DNA of 64,000 bases from Sphyrna mokarran. Lineage: Eukaryota. Below, in pieces: positions 1-12,650 of the stretch. The stretch covers positions 22,692,001 to 22,756,000 of the forward strand of contig JAGIQG010000024.1 in NCBI GenBank assembly GCA_024679065.1, in the 5' to 3' direction. The stretch's first letter is position 1. The number at the start of each line of letters is the position of its first letter. Both the position numbers and the translations under genes were made by a program. The notes under the pieces were generated by a model. The model was not told the DNA's origin. It ran no database searches and was given only the letters and a program-made list of their open reading frames with translations.

Positions 1-129
1 AGCCGGTGTGAAAGGGAAAGACAATTCCTAACTCTTCAAAGGTTCATAACCAATGCCATGAAACTTCAGTTAAAGTAATTTGATTTTGCTTTACATTCAC
101 AGGACTGTCTGATAAATATTTGTCCCCTC

Positions 130-410
130 ACATGGTGGGTGATATTGAAGCTTTGGAACAGGCCAGAGGAGAGCCACAAATATGCTTCTCAGTTTAAAAT
201 ATATTAGTTAGCCAAAGTGCATAAGTAACCGGCATGTAGATTCTAAACAGTTAAATTATGTGCAGGTTGACAAATTATTTCAATTAGATTGGTCTGAACC
301 TAAGGCTCAGGGGTATCAGTTATACAAAGAAAGAAATACGTTGTATGTTAAATGCTTCTTATTTTCCTAACAAACTGTAGTTTTATGGAACAAGGTATCA
401 ACTTGTGTAT
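130..410 (+). mobile_element. Old CR1-type LINE 3' fragment
   Basis: Degenerate reading DIEALEQARGRATN... and 'gttttatggaac' resemble the CR1 ORF2 C-terminus (LERVQRRAT...RVVxxWN); no intact frame. Confidence 0.55.
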
Positions 411-766
411 AGAAACCCCACACTGCAGAAGAGGTCATTCAACCCATCGAGTTTGCACTCACCCTCTGAAAGAGCATTTTACCCAGGCTCACTCCCTTGC
501 CCTTTCCCTGTAATCCCATGCATTTTGCCGTAGCTAATACATAGACAAATCTTTGGACATGAAGGAGCAATTTATCACAGCTAATCCACTTAACCTGGGC
601 ATTCATTTTTGGACTGTGGGAAGAAACCAGAGCACAGGGGTGAAACCCACGCAGACAAGGGGAGAACATACAGACTCTACACAGATAGTCACACAAGGCC
701 GAACGGAACCTGGGTCCCCTGCGCTGTGAGGCAGCTGTGCTAAGCACCGTGCCACTGTGCTGCCCA
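410..766 (-). mobile_element. V-SINE (HE1-like), CR1-type tail
   Basis: Reverse complement gives a tRNA-like head (ggcacagtggcacggtgcttagcac...caggttccgttcgg), the V-domain core (gtgggtttc...tcccacagtccaaa) and the tail gatgggttgaatgacctcttctgcagtg. Confidence 0.85.
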
Positions 767-1309
767 TGTGTCTCTGTATACCTCCAACAGCAAATCATCC
801 TTCCTTAGAGTGGAGATTACATCACTACAAGAAGTTGATATTAAATAACTCATGCCATAGTCAGTGGAGCACCCTAGACTTGTTTCAATGTTTAGTTCTT
901 TCTCTCTTGTATTTTTGATCTGGTTAGATGTACCAGCTGAACTTTTTCTGACCACCATTTTTGGATGTTGGTTTACAACGAGGATTTTTTTGTCTCATTT
1001 CTCCAATGATCACCTGTAACTTTAGGAATTCTCAGACTAAAGCCAAAAGAAGTCTATTATTATGTGAAGGAATGTCAAGCAGTGATTTGTTTTTAACATG
1101 AGAATAACAATTGTTGGACAATACCAACATTCCAACAAATAACAAGAAAACACTTCATTCACCAACTTTATTTTAAAAATCCTGATTGTGTCACCAGCAG
1201 AATATTCCATCTCTGACCTTACTTGATATTTGTGCATGCAAAGTCCAAATCCAGAGGTCTCACTTTATGATACATTTACACAATTAAACAATTCCACAAT
1301 GACAAGAAA

Positions 1310-1672
1310 CAGCATGCAAGATATTGCTGAAGCTTTGTAAGCCAGCACAATCAAAGATCTCACACACCCCGGACATACTTTCTTCCACCTTCTTCTGTTG
1401 GGAAACTGATACAAAAGTCTGAGGTCACCTACCAACCTACTCAAGATCAGCTTCTTCCCTGCTGCCATCAGAATGGATTTTGAATAGATCTACCTCATAT
1501 CAAGTTGCTCTTGCTCTGTACTCTAGCTATGAATATAATGCTATATTCTGCACTGTCTCCTTTCCTTCTCTGTGAATGGTATGCTTTGTCTGTACAGCAT
1601 GCAAGAAACAATACTTTTCACTGTATACTAATACATGTGAGGATAATAAATCAAATCAAATCAAAAGTCAAA
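1310..1672 (+). mobile_element. Rex1/Babar-like LINE 3' end with (AAATC)n tail
   Basis: Degenerate translation HPGHTFFHLLLLGN*YKSLRSPTNLLKISFFPAAIR matches the typical Rex1 C-terminus HP.H.LF.LLPSGRR....R.KNSFFP.AIR; ends aataaatcaaatcaaatcaaa. Confidence 0.75.
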
Positions 1673-1832
1673 CCATTTCCAAGAGGTTATTAAACCAATC
1701 AAAAATTCTAGTCATTTTTTAACCAAATTAGAGATACTGTATTTTATTCAAATTTAAATCAGCTCCCATCAAAATGCTTTTCATCAAGATGCTCTGTAAA
1801 GAAAGAAAAGCTCTTTGTAAAAGAACAAAAAA

Positions 1833-2234
1833 AGGCTGGAATTCTCCAACCTCGCCCACGAATGGGATTCTCCAGTCCTATTGCAGTGAATAGAGTTTTG
1901 GCTGTGCTGACAGAGGAAAGCAAAAGGCCGTTACAGCCTCTAGGAAGTCTTCGGAGGTGGAAGTCCCTTCACCAAAATGCCTTTATTTACAAGATTCTCT
2001 ATGTAGAGTATTCTCAGTTTGCAGGCTACATCCGGAGCATCAGAGGAACTGACACACCTGTTTAAGTTCAGAGCATGGGGCTCCCCATCAATTTGGCCCT
2101 TAAATCAGGGACTTCATATTGAAACAGGCTCACCTCAATTGCCCAATTAAAATTGTTACAACAGGCTGAATGCCAAATTCTCCATTCTCACTGGCAGCAG
2201 TGGCAGGGTGTACAAGATCACGGAATCCTGGCCA
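1833..2234. mobile_element. Short palindromic MITE-like element, family 1 (interrupted by the LTR)
   Basis: Halves 1833-1904 and 2169-2234 join to match uninterrupted copies at about 3490-3625, 7390-7508, 20115-20240 and 61745-61852 (ttgcagtgaa.agagatttggctg.gcgccaaattctccattctcactggcagc). Confidence 0.7.
1905..2163 (-). mobile_element. Solo LTR (259 bp) with a perfect 5-bp TSD GGCTG
   Basis: Begins TG (1905), ends CA (2163); GGCTG at 1900-1904 and 2164-2168; AATAAA on the minus strand (tttatt near 1982); splits a MITE-like element; related to 22221-22440. Confidence 0.85.
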
Positions 2235-2577
2235 AAATCTCTTTTGTTTTTGCCAGATGAATTTTGAAGATATGTTTCCAAAATATACAAGAATTCAAAG
2301 GGGGCCAAAGGGTCAAAAATTGAGTCTTTGTAAAAGTGTACAACCATGACCTATTGGCCTACCAGATTGTCATTTCCCTGGATAAGGTTATTCTGAATGA
2401 GAATGTGCCCATGCATCTTGCTTTGAAACACAAAGTCAGCTGGGGAGCCAACGTAAAGAGTACGGAATGGTACAAGGCAGGAAAGAACAAATTGTTCTTC
2501 CAGAAGCACCGATTCTAATTTGTGTATTGGTTTAAATAAATATAAAAAACGGTTAGTTAAAATTTGCAAATTTTTTT

Positions 2578-2934
2578 TTAATTATTCATTTGTGAGACAT
2601 GGGTGTCACTGGCTGGCCAGCATTTATTGCCCATCCCTAGTTGCCCTTGTTCAGAGTCAATCATATTGCTGTGGCTCTGGAGTGACATGTAGGCCAGAAA
2701 AGGTAAGGATGGCAGATTTCCTTCCCTGAAGGATATTAGTGAACCAGATGCATTTTCCCAACAATGGTTTCATAATTATTAATTGGAATTGGACATTGGC
2801 TTAATTCCAGTTTTTTTTTTGTTGAATTCAAACTTCACCATCCGTCATGGCAGGATTCGAACCAAGGTCCTCAGAATATTAGCTGAGTCCTGGATTAATA
2901 GTCTAGCAATATACTAATAAGCCATCGCCTCCCC
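2578..2934 (-). mobile_element. tRNA-derived SINE with 'gggcaataaatgctggcc' tail
   Basis: Minus strand: tRNA-like head with B box ggttcgaatcc, core ccttcagggaaggaaatctgccatccttacc, tail gggatgggcaataaatgctggccagccagtgacacccatg; sister copies at about 21710-22115 and 22935-23228 (+). Confidence 0.75.
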
Positions 2935-3777
2935 AAATAAAAACAATTCTTTTTCCTTGGTGTAGAGGAAAGACAACAGGCAAATATTACTTAAAAGTAA
3001 TTGTTAGTCTTGAAATGAGGACCAAGAGTAAGAGTTCATCAGTGTTGGGGTAATCAGAATGTAATCAGACTAAATTTGTTTTTTCTCAGCATTTGTAATT
3101 AATATATACAAGTTTACCACTGTGAAACGTGATGGAATTTATCTGTAATTATTGCAACCATAAAGAGGAAGTTATGCAGTTGGAAATTTCAAAGGTTTAT
3201 CTCAGGGCTTGCCAATTAAAAAACTTAACAGTTTGCTAAGTCAAGTGTTCACATTACAGCTGCTTGAGCAGAAGAAATAATTAATATTCTAATTATGCAT
3301 AATTTTCAAAGACAAATTCCTAATGGGAAAGGGCTCCTTTAATACACAATATCAAAAGCCTCCTTTATATTACATCTCAAGTTCCCAATATCCTGCTGTC
3401 TGTATTCAACCTGCAACAGTGGAAGGGGGGCTCTGTGGGGAAAAGGCCACCTCACATTCAAACACTCAATGAAAAAAGACATCACAACAAGGCCTAAATT
3501 ATCTGGTGTCGTACACCCAATACTGCTGCCAGTGAGTGTGGAGAATTTGGCACTCAGCCAAATCTCCATTCACTGCAGCAGAACTGGAGAATCCCAGCCC
3601 CAGACAAGGTCAGGGATTTCCAACCCAAATGTTTTCATTTTTGGAAACAATTAAAAACTGCAAGGTCTGCTGCTTCCAACTGGTCACTATATATGTTTTT
3701 GTTGCCTTGTTTAATTATAATTTTCTTAAATAAATCTATCATTTTAATCTGAATGTTATGCTCTGATATCAGAATGG

Positions 3778-3930
3778 AATCATAGAATTCTAAATACAGA
3801 AGGAGGCCATTTGGCCCATCAAGCCTCCGCTACAGCAAGCTGACCCTATCCCCGTAACCCCACATATTTAGCCTGCTAATCCCCAATATTGAGGGGCAAT
3901 TTACCATGGTCAATCAACCTAACCCACACA
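3778..3930 (-). mobile_element. V-SINE (HE1-like) 3' half
   Basis: catagaattc...aggaggccatttggcccatc...gggcaatttaccatggtcaatcaacctaacc, same as other copies. Confidence 0.75.
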
Positions 3931-4448
3931 AATTGGCTGTTTGTTTCCATGTTCCAGTGTGGTCAGAGAGGAAGCTGACATTTCCTCTGGCAAAAAGAAT
4001 CTTTGCTAATTTAGTGTTGCAATACATTCATTCACAGCACCAACAAGAGGTGAGATTTTATGGGCAGGATTTTCTGAACACATCGAAACCAACGGATATT
4101 TGAATGATTCATTGTATTTTTAGACACACCCCTGTCGTGATGCAGGCTGTGAAATTCCACCCAAAATTACGTGCACAATATCATGGGGAATATATGCTTG
4201 TGTATACAGGTATGATTAAGGAAACTATCTTCTTGTGAACAGAGATGGGAGACAGTCACATTATAATTAATTTTCACGAATGTAGCCCACAATGGCACAT
4301 TGGTCATGAAAACTTCAAAGGATTATCCAGAGCAGAATTCTGAAATGAAATGCAAAGTGCTCTGCTGTACTTTGGTTCAACTGCCCTTATTGCTGGATGC
4401 TCTTAGAACAGAACATTTTTCTTGCCTTCCATTGCCACGTTTTTAATA

Positions 4449-4502
4449 TTGATATATATATATAGTGTATATATACACACATATCAATAAGTATATATTA
4501 TG
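4449..4502. repeat. Degenerate (TA)n microsatellite
   Basis: gatatatatatatagtgtatatatacacacatatc...gtatatatta. Confidence 0.7.
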
Positions 4503-5373
4503 TAATATTATTTCTTTATACCAGATGTATATTTACACATTCAAATGCTACAGAAAACACAGCTGGATATGAAAATATTTTATTAACAACTGCCAGTAAT
4601 AAACTGCTGTTTCTGCAAAACAGTTTCAATATAGAGTGATTGATGTAAGCATGCTGTACAAGTGGGACTGAAATTAATAATTGGCCTAAGGGGCAAAATG
4701 TCCCAACCTTTACACAGGTGCCTACTTTTTATTTTTTCTTAATTGTCACACTAACCTTCTAATTATTTTTGTTCAGTACTGGCAGGCGATTTGTCCTAGG
4801 TGATAAAGTACAAGTCTGCAGTATTAACAAATGTGTTTTTTTATTTTGACTGGTTGGTATTAACAACAGTAGCTAGAATTCTTTTGCCACTCAAACTTTA
4901 TAAATATAACATAAGGTATTTCTTGTAGGCCCAACTTTCAAAGGACTATAGAAAGATACAGCTTTCAATAAGTCATGTTTCTTTCTATGGTACATGTTCC
5001 TTAATGAATGAGTAGCTTGTTAATCTCAACTTTCTTACAACCTAAGAAATACTGAATTAACTGAGTTCTTTTAGGTGTCAATTCCCATCAAATCTCATCA
5101 GCCAAGGCAAAACATCAAAGCAAGCATTGACTCGACAGGTTCTATAGTGCAGAACCAGGATTGACTGCAGCAAATCTCAACTGTGAATAAAGTGAGCCAA
5201 TAGTTATCCATTTTCATTGGTGGATTGAGATTATCCAGTGATCCTTTTAAAATCTGAAAATTAAAGTGTCAAACAGAAGGTCTATTTTGAAATCTAATAA
5301 AATGAATATAATGTCCAACTCTTTTGTAGGTATTGAAGTGTGTGTGCGTTCCTTTACAGGAAAGTGTGTTTTT

Positions 5374-5650
5374 ATAAGTTTATTTATTAGTGTCACAAGT
5401 AGGCTTATATTAACACTACGATGAAATCACTGTGAAAATCCCCGAATTGTCATATGCAGGCACCTGTTCAGGTACACTGAGGGAGAATTTAACATTGCTA
5501 GTGCATCTAACCAGCACATCTTTCAGACTGTAAGAAAAAACCAGAGCACCCGGAGGAAACCCACACAGACACGAGGAGAACATGCAGACTCCACACAGAC
5601 AGTGACCCAAGCCAGGAATCAAACCCAGGTCACTGGTGCTGCTGTGCACA
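5374..5650 (-). mobile_element. V-SINE with alternative tail (tail B)
   Basis: Same head and core as HE1 but the tail on the minus strand reads ...ttcacagtgatttcatcgtagtgttaatataagcctacttgtgacactaataaataaactt. Confidence 0.85.
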
Positions 5651-6734
5651 GAACTAGGACACTGATTCCATATTAGGACTGTTCAGGCTTTGTTTAGGTT
5701 TGATCAATGTTACTTTAATGATTTTGCACATAGCTTCTCAATTTCTGCTGATCAAGTATTGCCCTCTCCCTGTAAAATAAGCACTTACTTTAAATATGCA
5801 TAACTATTTAAAAAAAGCAATAAATACAAAGAAATTGGATATGGAGAAATTATTTTCAAGTGACTGGAACAAATGTGTAGAATGCACAAGCTGAAAATGT
5901 ACAAGAATGTTTATTTCATGACTGAAGTTTTTGACTGAGGTAGCTGCTTCAGAAATTACATGTTAATTGATATTTTCGTACAGCTACAGTAGTTACTGTG
6001 CCAGCATTAACATATCTGCATGCATTTGGCAATCAGCACTCAGATTTGAACTTTACAACAGTCTTAATAATCTGTTTCAAACACAGTTTCATTGATTCAG
6101 TTCCTTTCTATTTTCAAAGCATCTTCTTTGACAGTAATATACGGTTTGATTTTCGCAAGGCGCAGTTTAGGAATAATTGCAGTCTTTCAGCTTTCATTAA
6201 GAGAGTGTAATCACGATCTCTGTTTTGATTTGTTCATTAGTGAAAAAGCAGTGTTTCCCACTTTATTATTGATTCTAAAAACAAATAGAAGACAATACAC
6301 TGCAGTATGAGGACCTTCCGAACATAGCTTCCTCTGAAAGGTCGTTATGTTAAATGTCAGTTAACACTGCAACAAGTGTTTTAACTATTTCCTTCATTAT
6401 TTCACAATTTTTGAAAAAAACATGCATTTAAAATTGCATCTTAAAATTAGAAATCACAGTAGTGCTACATCCGGCCTTAGGTTTATTGATGAGCATTGAT
6501 CCCTTCATAGATGAAGCTTGACATACCTCCTGTTTAGAACATCATACCAAAATTCTCTATGTTCTCTTCCAATATTTAATTATTATGTTGCTGTTGGTGC
6601 TGTTATTGGAAGAGATTACTATAATTTGCCAGATGTGTTTGCTTAATCTGTGTTAAATGTTCTGCAAAGTTGTCCCTACTTCAAAGTCTTAACAGTTTGT
6701 GGTAATATTGACCCAATAATGGAGGTTGCCATTG

Positions 6735-6931
6735 CCTCAAATGACCATAGGCTGCTCTCGACTTTGAGAGGGAGAGTTGACTGGTGGTGGTTTAATCTGA
6801 GGGTCACCACATCTCAGGTGAGGCATAAGGTTGAGAAGGAGGCCTTCTTGACTAACCTCAGCCCACATGGGAATTGAACCCACGCTCTGCGTCACCAATC
6901 AGCCATCAAGCCAACTGAGCTAACCGACCCC
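6735..6931 (-). mobile_element. tRNA-derived SINE (separate family)
   Basis: Minus strand starts gggtcggttagctcagttgg (A box)...gggttcaattccc (B box), body ...gtggtgaccctcagattaaaccaccaccagtc; a weaker relative lies at about 26815-26960. Confidence 0.7.
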
Positions 6932-7079
6932 AGTGATAGCACTTTAGTGTATGGCCATTTTGTATGATACAGCAAACAATAAGAGTTAAGGGACTGACAC
7001 TACTGATCAATAGTCCAAGTATCACAAAAACAGTGTATTAGATGCTGGTACAGCTTTACTCTCCTTGTATCAGAACACC

Positions 7080-7208
7080 ATGGATGGGTTTTCTGGCCAC
7101 GCTCGCCCCAATACCAAAAAATTCTGCCTGAGGACAATGAATCTTTGCATGGTCCTGTCCCATCAGCTACAATTCCCGTGGCAGGCTGGAAAGGAAAATT
7201 CTGCCCCT
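7080..7208. mobile_element. Short palindromic MITE-like element, family 2
   Basis: Core 'aaaat.c.gcc(c/t)gaggtcaatggacctttccatggtc....c.attcc(c/t)gtggcagg' with inverted ends; copies at about 14568-14692, 21408-21533, 23409-23537, 41992-42125 and 62642-62757. Confidence 0.7.
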
Positions 7209-9234
7209 CATGTTATAAGACTCACCGTTATTGTAATAACAAGAAACTAACTGTTGGAAGTGAAGATCCTCGTGGACATGAATGTGAAATTCAAGGTCAT
7301 GTGAACTTTGGACAAATTGAAACAGATTTTTACTTTCATTTGCAAACCTAGGAACAGGACATTACAAAATGTAAATATAAGATCATCATTCTCTGGTCTT
7401 GTTCGCCCTGCCATCAGGAACAGAGAATGTGGCGTCCAGTTAAAACTCCATTCACTGCAGCGAGATTGGAGAATTCCAGCCATGGGCAAGGTTGGAGAAT
7501 TCTGGCCTTTGTGTAACTGTGAACTTTTAACTGGGGAAATGATGTTTAAGCAAGTTCAGCAAAAACGTGCCAGCTAATTTGAAAGTGCGAATGATACTCT
7601 CACCCTTGTGATGAGCCAAATTCCCAAATACACTATTCAGGCTCCTGGATCATTGGATTGATTCTTCCATTGTTTATTAATCATCATTAATATATTAGTA
7701 GGCATGAATAAAACAGGAATCAGAAAGCCCAAGCTGAACTGGTATTCCTCCTAATTTGTAAAGCTGGACTTCACAAAACTTATTGGATGTCACCAAAACC
7801 ATAAAGACTACATAAACAGTTAGGGCCTAGATTACGGGCTGAGTTTTAAAAGGTGTATTGTTTAAAAAAAAAATGCTGTTTTACAGCCATAATATACGGG
7901 GAGTAGTCTTAACAAGGCAACTATGGGACTTCCACTCCTCAGGCAAAGGAAGTCCCACCCCTCCCGAGTGGCAGGGATGCCTGCGACTGTCACTACATGC
8001 AGCACCAAGGAGAAGATCCACAGCGAGCAGATACGCGTGTAGTTTTAGATCGTGGAGGGCCTTAGGCACAGGGAGGAGTTGGAGAGGGGTGGTGGGGGGT
8101 GGGGGGCGGTAGAGGAAAGAGATGCCAGGCATGGGGTTCCAAAGGCCTGATGGAGTTAGAAAAGAAGGGAGGTGGCTAACATCTTGAGGGGGTGTCCCCA
8201 ATGGGCACAGGGTCATTCCCACAACCCTCCCAATCCCCTAGAAGGAAGTACCTGAAGTGCTGATGCAGTGAGCAGGCACTCTTCATTCCACTTTTCCCAG
8301 CTGCAGGTTATTGTGCTGGTTCAGAACGAGATCCTTAATCACCCACTAACTGGCCAGGTGAGGACCTCAAAAGGCCTCGGGGTGGAAAGGCTGTCTGAAG
8401 CCTTACCCACCCACCATGTTATCAGGGACAACTCGGTGGGTGAGCAGGAAAGCAGTGAGTTAGCCACCAATCCTAATTTACATGCTCTAACCTACTCCAC
8501 CAATCCTCCCACTACTACTAGGTTGCAAATAACTTGGCTAGGAGAAGGCGGCTGGAAAACTTTTGTAAAATATTAGTTCAGCCCAATTCAAGGCTTACTG
8601 AAGCTTGTGATCTTGATAGTTCCCTAACATTTTACCTTGACTTTGCTCCCTTCCAATTTCTGTAAGCCCCAGTTCCCATCTTCTGATATGCTTGAAGAAT
8701 ATATATTTTCCTTTTGCTAAGCATTATTTTCAAAAATGTTTTTCTGACATATTGATAGATTTATTTGAAGTGAGGGAAATTTTGAATGTGAATGTCCTAT
8801 TATACTAAATTCTATATAAGCAAAACTCTAAGATAAAGTTCACTCTGATATGGATATTGGAGACATTGTTATAGTTTCAGGACAGATTTAGCCAGCAAAT
8901 ATTGTCAGCTTTTTAAACTTAAAAGTAAATACAAATGAATGCTTCTAAGCATGGAATGCATATTTTACAAAGTTTACATGACCATGTTGAAAGGCCAGCA
9001 ATAATTCCATCAATTCACTCCCTGCTGGTCACACAGAAGAGGCATAATGTTCCTTTTGAATTGGCAGGTTAGCTTCTGTCCCACTTTTTCAACTGTGGAT
9101 CAAATTCTTTGCACAATTTTTTCTTCTGACCTACTTACTCTCCCACCACACAAGAACTAATGATTACAATGCTGAATTCATGTTAGCACAGCAATAATGT
9201 CAAAACCACCTAAAAAACAGGTTTACCCTGTCGT

Positions 9235-9855
9235 TCATTTTGAGAGGACTGGAATACAAAAGGGGACTTGCATTACTGAGGCTTTATAAAGCTCTGGTCA
9301 GTCCACACTGGGGGAGCATCATGAGCAATTTTGGGACCAGTATCTAAGAAAGAATGTGCTGGTCTTGGAGAGGGTCAAAAGCAGGTTTGAGTATGATCCC
9401 AGGAACAAAAAGCTTGGTGTATGAGGAGCATTTGAGGACTCTGGGTCTGTACTTGATGCAGTTTAATAGCATGAGAGGGTATCTCATTGAAACTTACAGA
9501 ATACTGAAAGGCCTGGATAGAATGGACTTGGGGGAGATGTTTCCATTTCTAGGCGAGACTAAGATCCGTTGACACAGCCTCAGAATAAAGGGATGATCCT
9601 TTAGAATTGTGCTGAGGAGGAATTTATTCAGCCCAGAGAGTGGTGAATCTATTGAATTCATTGCCATAGAAAGTTGTGAAGGCCATTGTTGGATACATTT
9701 AAGACAGAGAGAGATAGGCTCAATTAGTAAGGGGATCAATAGTTATATGAAAAAAGCAGAGAATGGGGTTGAGATTTTGTCTCAACCCCATGGAACAGTG
9801 GAGCAGACTCAATGAGCCAAAGGCCTAATTCTGCCCCCATATTTTAAGGTCTTGC
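9235..9855 (+). mobile_element. CR1 (HER1-like) LINE 3' fragment
   Basis: ORF 9354-9572 contains YEEHLRTLGLY...MRGYLIETYRILKGLDRMD, the canonical CR1 ORF2 C-terminus; 3' UTR gactcaatgagccaaaggcctaattctgc. Confidence 0.9.
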
Positions 9856-10689
9856 TCTGCATCCAATGGCAGCACCTGCATCTTATAAAAGTTCAAATCA
9901 AATCCAATTCTAATTCAACTTGGATCAGTGTGAGCACCTTATTGGGGTGAACAATCTAACATGTACTGAACTAAATTATTGATGTTTTCAAAGAGGGAAA
10001 TATTACAGTTTAAGGAATATTTATTGGAACATGATAAAGTCAAGCTGGGATGAATCAAGGAATTATAAAACCGCATGCATAGGAGTTGTACCTTGTCCAA
10101 TTCCCAAATATACTTGGAGATGAAAACACATTCACTTCAGATTTCATGTTGTAAACCCTACATGAATATTTGATCACAAATATTCCTGAAACTGTGCATT
10201 TGTTACAAGACATTATTTCAGTTTAGCACAGATCATTTCTTCTACGTTGGAGGGGAGGGAGGGAGGAGGAATTTCCAGGACTTCCTCACAAGTACAATAA
10301 TAATTATCCATTACCTGGTCAACATTCCATTTAATCTTTTCATGCAACAGGACATCAACATAAAAATGAAAAGGCGGTGGCATCTGCCAGAAGAAAATGG
10401 ACAACCATTTCTTAAAGGACACACTGACCTTCAGGCTATAGCGTACTAAGAATTATCCTACTCTACAAAATCAAGCAATTTAGCCATTTTATATTTTAAG
10501 TAAAGTGTTACTCTTGTTAAGAATAGAGAAGTATCACAGATGGAAAAGGATTAGAAGGACATGGGCCAAATGAAGGCAGTTGGTTTAGCTGGGATGGCAT
10601 GGACTGGTTGGACCAAATAGCCTGTTTTCATGCTGCATTGCTCAATGATTGTGACTCTAACACAAATTCAGGTTGAACTTTTATACTTA

Positions 10690-11005
10690 AAAGTTTATTA
10701 GTCACAAATACTTACATTAACATTGCAATTAAGTTACTGTGAAAATCCCCTAGTCGCTACATTCTGGTGCCTGTTCGAATACGTTGAGGAAGAATTTAGC
10801 ATGGCCAATTCACACAACCAGCACGCCTTTTGGACTGTGGGAGGGTGGGGGTTGGTGTGGGGTGGGGGTGACCAGAGTACCTGGAAGGAATCCATACAGA
10901 CATAGGGAGAATATACAGACTCTGCACAGATGGTGACCCAAGCTGAGATTTGAACCCAGGTGTCTGGAGCTGTGAGGCAGCAGTGCTAACCACTGTGCCA
11001 CACTG
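10690..11005 (-). mobile_element. V-SINE, tail B, with an internal G-rich insert
   Basis: Full head/core/tail B; gggagggtggggttggtgtggggtgggggtg inserted at about 10840-10870. Confidence 0.85.
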
Positions 11006-12339
11006 TCACATGACATGGTATTCATTTGCTTTGCTTATGAATGTTGTGTGTAAATAATGCTAGGCTAGACTAATTAATGACTTAATGGTGTTTGTGATTC
11101 AGTACCTGGGGTAACAATCCTGCTCGAGATGGCTTTCCCTGGGAAAGCTGTTTACAATGAAGTCAGCCTGGTGTTGAGTGAAAGCAGAACGCAAAAAATG
11201 TGACCACTATTAAATGAGACAATACAATTTTACAATTCAGGTTTGTTTACAAGCGGGCAGAACATTCTGCCAGCTATCTTGTTACTAACAATAAAAGCAC
11301 TTGGGATTGTTCTAAATGGCTTTCTTTTTTGGGCAGGATGTACATTCTCTGGCAGTCTCTGCAGAGCTGTTTTTGCTTACATTACAGCCTCTGTCTGCAG
11401 AGGTGGTTATCAGGCATGTAGAGTCTCCAGCACAGCTCAGAGCTGCTGCTTTACTGTCAGCTGGCTGGGTATGTGCATGCACAAAGTGAATTGAGCTGGT
11501 CACAAGAGTTTTGTAGTTCTAGGTCTTGCCTTTACACCTAGGCAACAGTTCAGCTGACATTAAATGATTTGCATTTCTGCAATCAGGTATATTAAAGTGT
11601 TTATAAATTCAATGTGGGGTAATTCCATTGCCATTGCTTTTCAAAGAGAATAATTTCACATTGTTGCAACAATCACTTCTTTCTGTTTCATCTGAACTGA
11701 AGTAATCTTGTTATTTTTAGAGAATTATGTCACCACTGGGGGAATAATAATTTGGTTCAAAGTTCAACTGAGTTATGAGACAGAAAAATGGCAGTTTGAT
11801 TTTTCATATAAACTCCTTCACAAATAAATGGCCTTAAATAAATCAATCTGGGGTATCTTTGGGTGATATGTACTCTTAACTGCATTACCAAATGACTATT
11901 AGATAAATAGTCTGTAGTTTGTCAAGTGGTGAGGTCTTGCGATGCAGTGGGTAACGTCATTGTCTCTACATTTGAATCTCACTCCAGGCTTAGATGGCCA
12001 AGGAATCTGCATTCATAATTCAGGCAAACAATCCATGCATCAACCTGAAAATCCAATACATGCCAATGGCAGGCAGCAAGACTGGGAGATTTTCCTGTTC
12101 AGACATGTGATGTTGGACCCTCTACCATCACTATCCATAGCTCCAGACATGCATATATAAATGCATGTGGCTGCAGCAACCCAGACTCCTGGAATGAACA
12201 GTACCACCATTGCCAGGTTATCAAGTATGTTACAACCTATGACAAGGAACTAATTGAGCAATAACATAAATCAATGATGGAAGAGTTCCCTGTCATTCTG
12301 TAGTGAATATCAGCTATGAACTCTGTACGTGTCAATTAT

Positions 12340-12650
12340 AAGTTTATTTATTAGTGTCTCAAATAGACTTATATTAACACTGCAATGAAGTTAGTGTAAA
12401 AATTCCCTGGTCACTATACTCCGGTGCCTGCTCCAGGTACACTGAGCGAAAATTCAGCATGGTCAATGTACCAACACCTTTCGGACTGTGAAAGGAAACT
12501 GGAACACCCAGAGGAAACTGGAACACCCAGAGGAAACCCATACAGACATAGCGAGAACGTACAGACTCTGCACAGACAGTGGCCGAAGCTGGGAATCAAA
12601 CCCATCTCTGGCGTTATGAGACAACTAATCATTGCCACCCACATTGTGCC
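12340..12650 (-). mobile_element. V-SINE, tail B, with a 19-bp internal tandem duplication
   Basis: aagtttatttattagtgtc... tail; ggaaactggaacacccaga repeated twice at about 12494-12532. Confidence 0.85.

Noticed and set aside
6860-6931. tRNA-like A/B boxes here and at 34640-34700 and in HE1 heads
   Set aside because: They are SINE heads attached to SINE bodies; no complete cloverleaf, so not called tRNA genes.
12494-12532. Direct repeats suggestive of an array
   Set aside because: Simple 19-bp tandem duplication within a SINE; no repeat-spacer structure. No CRISPR-like array or prokaryotic operon is present in the window.
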